Source: Felis catus
Taxonomy: Eukaryota
Length of the DNA stretch: 64,000 nucleotides
Assembly: GCF_018350175.1 (NCBI RefSeq)
Contig: NC_058368.1
Coordinates: 186,188,001 to 186,252,000 of the forward strand
Reading direction: 5' to 3'
The position numbers and the translations under genes are program-made. Below, in pieces: positions 54,444 to 64,000 of this stretch. How positions within the stretch are numbered: position 1 is the first letter of the stretch; every line of letters starts with the position of its first letter. Under the pieces are notes generated by a model. The model worked only from the letters and a program-made list of their open reading frames with translations. It was not told the DNA's origin and made no database searches.

Positions 54444-55024
54444 GTAGTACGATTTTTTTGTGTGTGGGTATGTATACCTTTTGTAAAACTTGTATAAGAC
54501 AATAACAAAAAGAAAAGTATATGATTTAGCTTCCTGGATACAGAAGAAATGAGGCAGTGACACTAGAGTTCATTTAAAACCCCAGAAGTCTGAAAAAAAA
54601 AAGCCAGAAGTCTGACTCTAGGTTTACAGAGTGAGGTTTGTTATTATAATTATCACCCCAGAAGAGTTGGATTCTCAGAATTGCTGAGATTTCATTCACT
54701 TATCTTAGAGGTTGAAGATGAAGTGGCAACATAGTGCTAGAAAGTCATACTCACTTTCTTCATCTTTCTAATTATATAGTGATCCAGGAGCAAAACTTCC
54801 CTGGAGAAATAAGGTACTTCGTTCAGAGTCTTAGGCACTGCTTCAAATGAAATTATAGGTTTACTGTGAACTCAACAATAAATGGCCAAAAAATAAAGGC
54901 TGTCAATCAACTGAACAGACACGGTTGAGTATGAAAGAAGCTCTGGTACATACTATAAATCCCAGATCCTTTTTTTTTTTTTTTTTTAATGTTACCAGTG
55001 CAGAGACTTACAGCCACTTCTTTT

Positions 55025-55030
55025 TTTATT

Positions 55031-55073
<43 letters not shown>

Positions 55074-55077
55074 TTTT
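55025..55077. repeat. (TTTA)n repeat
   Basis: About 12 units. Confidence 0.93.
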
Positions 55078-56420
55078 GGTTTCAGGCAGAATTCATTTTG
55101 TGCCTGCTTAATAACCTAGGGAGCATATGTTTAAGTATGTTAGCATCACATTGACGGGAACTAGAGCTCTTCACCTAACTCTCTGCCTATAGACCTTGGA
55201 ACTGTTCACCAGTCACTTAATTCTCATCATCCTGTTGTTAAATGAATCACTTTCTATCCCTTATGTTGGAAGATATGTAAGCTTGGCTGTGTGGTTTTGC
55301 ACAACAGTTGTGTAAGTAAACATCTCCAAATCCCTATCAAGCATGCTCTTTTCTCTCATTTGAAAGGTTCTCTCCTGCCTCCCCCTGCCCCCCACACACA
55401 TAGCCTCAGCAAGAAGACCAAGTTTTAAACAGAGAGAAAGTTTAAATGACTCAAACTTATTTGTTTTCACTCCTAAAAAATGTACCATCATAAGTTAGTG
55501 TTTTTTTAAAACACTGAAGAAACAGTTAACCTCATGGTCAAGAGAGAAGTATACCTCTTCTTTGCATCTTTGTATGAAAAAAGGAAAACAATTTTTCCAT
55601 ATATGATTAATATTGGGCTTTGGGCATCTATTTTCCCATGGGTTGAAAATAACTTTCTATCTAAAGGATGAAAAGATCAGGCTTAATCATTGAATATATC
55701 TGCGAAATTTTATTAAAACGCTTTTAAATTTAAAACTCTGCTCATTACAGTTTACTATTAAGCTGTGGTGGAGGAGGTTAGCATTTCTTACCTCTCACCT
55801 AGCTTAAATAGGTTTGCATTTCAGATGAGTATGTATGCAAAGATAAACCTAGCCATGTAGTATGGGGTCAGTGAAGTGTCGTATGCATTAGTCTCCAGAC
55901 TGGTTGTAAAAAGATTTCCTTTCTTCTCCTGAGATCAGAGGAGGGTAGATATTGGAAGTAGGGGCTAAATGTCCCATCTTGGATGCACATAAAGATGGCA
56001 GAGACATTTTGTTCAACACAAACTCAATGAAATAGAGGTCCAAGCAGATGTACAGCAGAGAAGTTTCAGGGAAACACGGGTCATGTCCTGGCTCAGCTAA
56101 TTACTGAGCTGAGACAAGTTACTTAACTTTTTTGTATTTCTGAAAAGAGCCACTTTTTTCTTAAGAAACCTAAATTAGATAACTTAAATAAAGTGCTTAG
56201 CACAGCATTTGGCACATGATAAATACTCAATGAACATTTTTTAATGTTACTGATATTATTTCTACTCATTAATATTATATCATCACTATTATAATAAAAT
56301 CTTTCTGATGCTCAGTTTCTAAATTAATGGATTGTGATTCATATTTCTTCCTCACAGTGAGGTCCAAAGGAAATTGTACTATCGATACTATTACTGGAGA
56401 CAATGACATTATAAAGTGGC

Positions 56421-56870
56421 TTTTTTTTAATTTTGTTTAATGTTTATTTATTTTTGAGAGAGAGAGAGAGAGAGAGAAAGCAAGTAAGCAGGGGAGGGGG
56501 AGAGAGAGAGGGTGACACAGAATCCAATGCAGGCTCCAGGCTCTGTGCTGCCAGCACAAAGCCCAACGCAGGGCTGAAACTCACGAACCGCGAGATCATG
56601 ACCTGAGCCAAGGTCGGACTTTCAACCAACTGAGCCACCCAGCAGGCCCTTTATTATAACATTAAAAAAATTTTTTTTAATGTTTATTTTTGAGAGAGAG
56701 AGAGACAGAGCATGAGCAGAAGAGAGAGAGGGAGACACAGAATCCGAAGCAAGCTCCAGGCTGTGAGCTGTCAGCACAGAGCTGGACATGGGGCTTGAAC
56801 TCACAAACTGCAAGATCATGACCTGAGCCAAAGTTGGACATTTAACCAACTGAGCCACCCAGGCACCCCC
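56421..56870 (-). mobile_element. Two tandem Can-SINEs (56421-56649, 56662-56870)
   Basis: Two complete reverse SINE bodies about 12 bp apart; attataa occurs at the left flank, the junction and the right flank. Confidence 0.92.
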
Positions 56871-57262
56871 ATTATAATGCTTTTATTTAGGAAATATTTT
56901 GGTCACCATCACTTGAGAATTTACAAAATAGCCATGTAAATGCCACACATCAGGGAAAACATGTCTCTCTGAATGCAGTGTACAATTTAGGATTTAATGG
57001 ATGAATTCAAGATTCCTAGAAAAAGTGATGCCAATGTATATTAGCATAAGCAGTCACTATTATCTTTAGACAATCTTGTCTTAAATACTTTAAGCTTTAA
57101 GCTTAAATACTTTAAGCTTTAAAAGGATTCAGGTTATAGGAACACTGATGTTAGATTAGTCAGAATGCACAATTACTTCTCCTTGGCTCCATGAATCTAT
57201 GCATAGACAACAATATTTCATGTTGCATTTTGCAAATTGTGTATGCTCCCATCCTCTTCTCT

Positions 57263-57316
57263 CTTTATTTTTGTTGCTTTTGTTTAAATTTAAAGTTTGT
57301 TTATTTATTTTGAGAA

Positions 57317-57374
<58 letters not shown>

Positions 57375-57502
57375 AATCCCAAGGAGGTTCTGCACTGTCA
57401 GCCCAGAGTCCAATGAGGGGCTCAAAACCATGAACTGTGAGATCATGACCTGAGCCAAAACCAAGATTGGATGCTCAACCGACTGAGCCAACCAGGCACT
57501 CC
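57263..57502 (-). mobile_element. Can-SINE with expanded (GA)n
   Basis: (GA)~21 at 57326-57368; reverse head ...gagccaaccaggcactcc. Confidence 0.9.
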
Positions 57503-58219
57503 TTCCCTGTTTCTTTTTGAATACTAAAGCTTATGTCTCTTATCACAATAATTAAGCAAGAAAATTGTTACCCTGCATATCAGCCCATATATCTCTTATG
57601 CATAAGACAAAGACTTTACTGAACATTTGCAAAAACTTGACAGCTCAGGTATTGGTGCCTAGGATTCTACTGGACTAAAAACTTCCCTCCCTTAATCCCA
57701 ACCCTATAAATATACACTGATTATATATCCCAAGCTATGACAGACACATTGCCAACCCCAAAGTATTGGAGTCATGCTGATTAGGGATATTCTGGTTATT
57801 ACATATTCTAATAATAGTGATTCACATGAAGGAGTTCTCATGCTTGAACTTCTCCTGCTGGGTTTAATACTGCTAAGTGCTTCAGAGGACACCCAACCCT
57901 TCATTCTTAGCGGAAAGTATTAGTTGACTACCTCCTGTCTACTATAGTTAGGGAGATAGCTCCAAAACACAGTGTCAACCACTCCAACTATTTATGAGGC
58001 CGTGGTCATGGGAGTGAGATAGGTAAGGAATGCTGGTTTTGGAGCTGGAAAATCTGGATTTCCTTATTCACTAACATTAGATTGTAGGCTCCCTGAGATC
58101 CAGGAACATTCAGAGGAAACAGATAGATTGAATAAGTCATATATAAGGTAGAATTTAGAAGAACAAAATAGACATTGGGGTGAATTGTGAGTAAGAGTTA
58201 GAGGGACTTAGTAGGAGGC

Positions 58220-58762
58220 GATTCTCTGTTGTTTTCTAGCATTTCTGCACATGTTATGAGCAGAGAAAATGATTGCTTTGTTTCAGATTATTTTTTCAAG
58301 CATGTTTCTGTAGTAAGGTAGAGACAGCATACATGTTTCTCATAACAAGAGATGTGGGTTCCTGGGGCTCCTGACTGGCTCAGGTAGTAGGGTATGTGAC
58401 TCTTAATCTCAAGGTCATCAGTTAAAACCCCACGGTGGGCATGGAGTCTACCCAAAATAAATAAAATAAAATAAAATCTTAAAAAATAGAAGAGAGAGAT
58501 GTGGTTTCCCTATATTCCGGGTTCCTCTCCTGTAATGCACTGCGCTCCATATGCAGGTGCCATCTGGCCCTCTTCAGGTTGCCCTATGGAAACTGGGGTA
58601 TGGGGTACTGATGCAAACGTTACGCTGCTGGTTGTGCTTTGAATAACAAAATCCTTTGTCTTTGACCCAGGTGTCTTATGTCCTCTGCCTGCATCCAAGA
58701 AATTGCAGCAAAATGTTAGCTTGCAAGTAGGGTGCAGCATTAGACACCTCATAGTTCTTGAC
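58220..58762 (+). mobile_element. ERVL solo LTR (MER54/MER74-like)
   Basis: 3' end gttagcttgcaagtagggt...catagttcttgaca and cctttgtctttgacccagg match my recollection of this LTR group; ends in CA. Confidence 0.6.
58364..58487 (+). mobile_element. Short tRNA-derived Can-SINE lacking the CT-rich body, inside an LTR
   Basis: ggggctcctgactggctcagg head, (AAAAT)n tail, TSD-like agagatgtgggttcct / agagatgtggtttccc. Confidence 0.8.
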
Positions 58763-61700
58763 AGAATATAGCAAAACAAAAGGATGCAGCATATAAAGAA
58801 AATCTAGAAAGGTGAATGAGCAAACACTGGCCTGCAATTCCCTTCCTTTGTGTTTAATAAAGGTTCACTTAACATTAATTCATTTATTCATATATTGAGG
58901 ACCTTCCAATGGGGCAGGTATTAGTCAAGGCACCAGGAATACAGTACTGACTATGACTGACAATTCCTCTTCTCTCTTGCTGCATGCCTACTAATAAGTA
59001 GAGACAAATATAAGTAGGTAAACAAATACATTTTAAAATTTCAGATGGTCTTAAATAAATAAAGCTAAGTAAAAAGGATAACGTAATTAGGGACAACTTC
59101 TTTCATTAGAGTGGTCAAGGAAGGCCTTTCTGAAGTGGCAACATTTGGTGTAAAGTCTGTCATGTAGAATTTTGGGGGAAGAACATTCCAGGGGGATAGG
59201 GGAAAAGAGAGGGAGAAAGAGAGTAAGGAGGGAAAAAGGAGAAAGAGAGAGATACAGCATGAGTAGAGACACAGAAAGCTTGAACAGGAGAAATAAAAGC
59301 AGTGTTGCTGGAACATGGGTAATGAAAGAGAGGAAAAGTGATATTGGATGATTTTAGCAATTTGTGCAGAAGCCAGACCATATTGGAAATTATAGACTAT
59401 GGTAGGCACTCAGATGAGATAGATGCTCTTTTCCATTGTTAAGTTATATTGGTTCAATTTCTTCATTATTTTTAAAAATATTCAAAGTTTACTGGTACTA
59501 TGAGTATTCAGAAAATAAGGAATACATTTGTGCTGTGTAAGGCAGGTGTTTGGATTTATTTGAAAAAATAGAAAGAAAGCTTTTGCCTAGAAACTTCTGG
59601 AGAACAGAGCTAACTACTATTATTACTATTAAAACACTAGTACAGTACTTGTATTACTACTAAAAATAACAATATAAATATGGGAAGAATGAAGAAGGCA
59701 AGAAGAAAAACAGAAAATTATGGAGACAGCCATGTGCCAGGAATTATGCTCAATGCTTTACAGACTTTTTTAAAAACTTCAATATGAAGCTGCAAAATGC
59801 TTTGGCACTTCTTTCAGACATGGAAATTCAGGCTCAGAGAGTAAGAGTTCTTTCCTGAGATTTTTGAGCTATCCTACGCCTGTGCTAGGATTTGAACCTT
59901 GGAACTCTCTTGCTCCAAAGCCTGGAACTTTGCAGAATATACAGCCTATATTCTAATGTAGCATCTCTATGCTGAAGATGTTCCTTCCTTATAAAGCAGG
60001 CAGCTTTGTCATCAGTTGATACAGAATTTTAGTATCCCAGAGATTGTTAGGTTTAGTCATGGAACAAAATGATTGGTTGTTTTTATCTGCATTGTTTGAA
60101 AAGTCTGGCTCTATACAGAGGTTGAAATACAGCACATAACATTTCCTTTTCCAGTGGATGCCATAGCAGACAGCAGATGTACAATGTCTACATATTAAAA
60201 TGGGAAAAAATGCCTAAATTGATCATCAAGCATGAGAATATAGCTGACCCATGTTTTATTCCAGGTGCTTCTAGACTTTGGTCCTTTGGAAGAAAAATGA
60301 TGAGCTTCTGGAAAATATCTCTAAAGAGAAAGGGTTATTATCATCCTAGAGAAAATGCTTTAAAAATGTACAAATTCAGAGGTACAGGAACAGAAAAAAA
60401 TTATCTGAACTAAAAAGGCAGGTCTTGATCTAATAGAGTAATAAAATACCAATCTAAGGGGATCTGAAGTTTACTTCTTAGGTAATTAGTGACCACTAAC
60501 TTGTGACTGGGGAAAAAAATTCTGAAACAGATTGTCTAGACAGGGGTTTCCAAAACTGTTGCAAAGAATGCATGTTTCTGAAAATGCCAACATTTTATGA
60601 AATTAAGATTCCGTTGTTTGGAAAACCTCTAGCAAAATGTATCCAAGTCTCTTCTTTCTCAGTTTTATTTGGGGTTGAAGATGGAGGCCAATGGTTTGGT
60701 GAATTTAAAACATAAGAGTGGGAATTCAAAACAAGGAAAGAGAAAAACAAGCAGCCAGATGGCCTGTTATTGAAATCAACAAAGCTCTGTAAAACAAAGG
60801 AATATGGAGAGGGTGTCCTGGCTCTTTCTCTAGTCCTGTGGCTGGCAACGTGTATATTGGAGATAGCCATCTTTGAAGAGGATGCCCCTTTGAAATGGAT
60901 GTCTCAGCAATCAAAGCTTAAGTCAGGCACTTGCATCACACACACACATACAAAACAGCCAACTGTCAAGATTTACACTACAAAAAGCTGCAGAGGAAAT
61001 TTAAATATACTCTGTGGCACTGCCACATCAGCCCTGGTGTATCTATATCTTAACTCTGTTTTCGTGAAAATACAAACTCTACTGGGTTTAAATGATTGTG
61101 ACCAGATAGATCTCTATTACTTACCAGCAATTAGGTGCAATTCTTGATACACCCCGTGTATTGCACATTTCTCTTAAAGGTTTACAGGCATATTTACTCA
61201 TTAAAGACCTTGAAAATTAATGTCAGAAATAATACATTCATAAATAAAACAACTATTAAGAAATTACCATGTGCCGGTCACTGTGCAAAATGCTGAGGGT
61301 GTGGGAAACTAAAAGACAGAATGATTGAGTATGTCATGGATGCCTTTTCAAAAGAAGCTCAGTTAAGGTTTGAGGGGTGAATAGGAATTTTCTAAATAGA
61401 GAAGAAATGGAAACACAAGACCTGTAGGGAATGTAATAAATGAAAAGAGATAGCATTATTAGGTTTTCCCAAGAACACCAGCATCCTTTATAACAGCTGA
61501 GGAATAGAAGTGAGCTGCTGTTTGGGGTGGCTATGTGGTCCTGTGACAGAATTACACATTTGGAGAGGTAGACAAAGGCCAAACTACGCAAGGCTTTTAT
61601 GCCAATCTAAGACATTTAGGTATTATACTCTAGACAATGTGGCACTATTAAGCAATTTTAGACCAGGAGAAACAAAATCATTTTTGTGTTCTTGAGTGAC

Positions 61701-63852
61701 CTCTCTGGCATTAATGTGAAGAATGGGTAAGGGAGGTTGATTGTGGAAAGCTGGCAAGATGGGGCATGAAACCAGATATGAGAAAGCCAAATTGGACTCT
61801 ATTCTAGAGGACACATATCATTTCAGTAATCACTTCTCTGACTGACTAGCGAAAGGCCACCAATATTTACTCACGGAACAATGCCAGTTCCATGAATCTA
61901 CCAAAGATCTTAGTAGATTCTGACTCTTACATCAATAGAAAGCCCACATTTGAGGAAACTTATTCCATGAATTAAAATTTAAAAAAAAAACAACTTCCCA
62001 TTCTCCAATTTGTTAAAGGACCACTTTTTTTTTTAAGCACAAAAGTGAACATACTTCTTTGATCTATTCTGATTCTACTAACACTCAGCTGCATACTGAA
62101 GATGGTTTTGATTTCTTTGCCACTTTGTAGACATCTCACTATACCAAGATAAGAGTACAGAGTCTACTCATCTCTTCATATCTGTGATCAAGAAGATTTC
62201 CATTCTCACAAGGCCCACTTTTCCTGGAATTGAGAAGATGCTGAGAAACAGCCCACTGTGGTGTTTAGCATTACGCTTGCTTGGAACATTGTGACTGAAG
62301 CCAGTATCATCTTCACTGATTTACTACCATTGATACTAAAGAGCCAATGGCTGCAACTTCAATAAAAACCTGCACAGTCCTGATTTCAGAGTCCTTTCTG
62401 TGGGAGGTCATTACAACTTTAGGATTCCTTATCATCCCTAAAATGAAAACAGCTACAACAGTGCATACCCAACCTCAAGAGTTTTTGTAACAACCTTCTA
62501 CCACACCAACTTCTGAGGAGATTCTGAACTTTTGAACAACCCCTCCTCTGAAGTATCAAGTGTTTACTTTGCAACTTTTGTGGAAGATCTGTAAAATATT
62601 TCTACATGAGATTCCTAGATTACCATTTTTTTTATCAGTATCTTCCTCTTGAGGTAGTTGGAAGTAGATTATCTTCTTTATTGTAATAGTGGTGTTGTTA
62701 TCATTTCTATCCCACCCACAACTCCCATCACCTCCACCCTGCTAACTAGATTTCTGGGAAGAATCAGTCAATGTGTGAAGAATTAGAACTCAAGTTCATC
62801 CACGCTGCTTTTGCCCACCATCTGTATTTCTTTACAAAGACTGCTGCCTCAGACTTTATTCCTTTAGGAAAATTTTTCCTTTCAAACATGAAATATATCA
62901 CCTCATCAAGAAAAGGTATCCAAGAACCTCTACTCAAAAGGATTTTTGGCAGAAGGTATCACTACCCATCAGATAATGGCAGAGGCTGCGTATACAATGG
63001 GGGGCAAGGGGGATATGTGATTTTGTTGGATATCCACTCTATTTGATGAATATTTTAATTAGAAAGCAATGATTAGATGACTTAAAAGTATATTACATGA
63101 AAGTCTACTTATGGAAAAGTATAAAAGTATATTTTGTTCATTTTTATTTGGTCTCCACCTAGTTCCCAAAGAGAATTAGGAGTGGCTACTGGTATATACT
63201 CTGTTTTATTAATTATTCTAAGTTTTGTTGATGTCCTTATATGAAACGAAAGGACATTATTACACATAGTACTTTCTCTTTTACTCAAATTAAATTCAAT
63301 TTTTTTTATTTCTGGAAAAGTAATATATTCAATGAGATGAAAAGGCAGTAATAGACAGTTTGGGAATTGGAAAGAGAAAGAGCCATGTGTGGCTCAGTCT
63401 TTGTTTTTCACAAATGGAGAAGAAAGCACTGAGATAAAAATCATGGTAGTGAACCTTTAAAATATTTACAAAGCAAACCTTTTCAAGAATTATAGGCATG
63501 TCCTCACGCCTAGGAAACATCCTGACTACAGCCCTATAAAATTAGTAGGAATCACAAAATCTCACAGATCCTGAGATCAGTTTCTTGAAAGATGATTCTT
63601 AGAGAGCATTTAATCCAGTGCTTGTATGTCACAGTAAGAAAACAAAAATTCCAGAGCATGAAAGCAACTTTTCCAATGTCACATAGTAATCGGGGCTAAC
63701 TGGAGCTTTTTGAAACCTACTTCAAAATTATTACTGTATGGTGTGCTCCCAGGCAATGTATTCTGGGGGGAAAGCCCTGGGCTAGGACTCTACTTTTATC
63801 CCTTTCACAAAGTAGATAGGTGTGCCTGTAATTTAGGACACATTTATTAAAC

Positions 63853-64000
63853 TGTTTGTTTGTTTGTTTGTTTGTTTGTTTGTTTGTTTGTTTTGAGACA
63901 GACAGAGAGAGAGAGAGAGAGAGAGATCTCGCAAGCAGGGGAGGGCCAGACAGAGAGTGGGACAGAGGATCCGAAGCAGGCTCTGCACAGGGAGTGGAAA
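63853..64000 (-). mobile_element. Can-SINE 3' part, truncated by the window end
   Basis: (TTTG)n tail, (GA)n, gaggatccgaagcaggctctg. Confidence 0.88.

Overview
Mammalian genomic DNA from a felid, judged by the many SINEC_Fc-type tRNA-derived Can-SINEs. The window holds the 5' part of GABRA1 (GABA-A receptor alpha-1 subunit) on the minus strand. It includes a CpG-rich promoter (~42.3-43.5 kb), a non-coding 5' exon (42394-42620) and six coding exons (40047-39974, 36552-36440, 21977-21910, 14938-14718, 12458-12376, 5247-5104). These join through GT-AG introns into 703 nt of open frame: signal peptide plus extracellular Cys-loop ligand-binding domain. The transmembrane exons lie beyond the left edge. 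The rest is AT-rich intron and about 20 kb of upstream intergenic DNA containing about 25 Can-SINEs, MIR/L2/L1 relics, LTR and hAT fossils, and microsatellites. Almost all ORFs in the supplied track are spurious. I found no evidence of a new multi-gene system. The most interesting leads are regulatory: a strong-Kozak uORF whose stop sits on an alternative splice donor, an RBFOX-motif cluster behind a weak donor, non-canonical REST half-site clusters, and inverted or antisense SINEs around exons. Repeat family names come from recalled consensus sequences and repeat boundaries are approximate.
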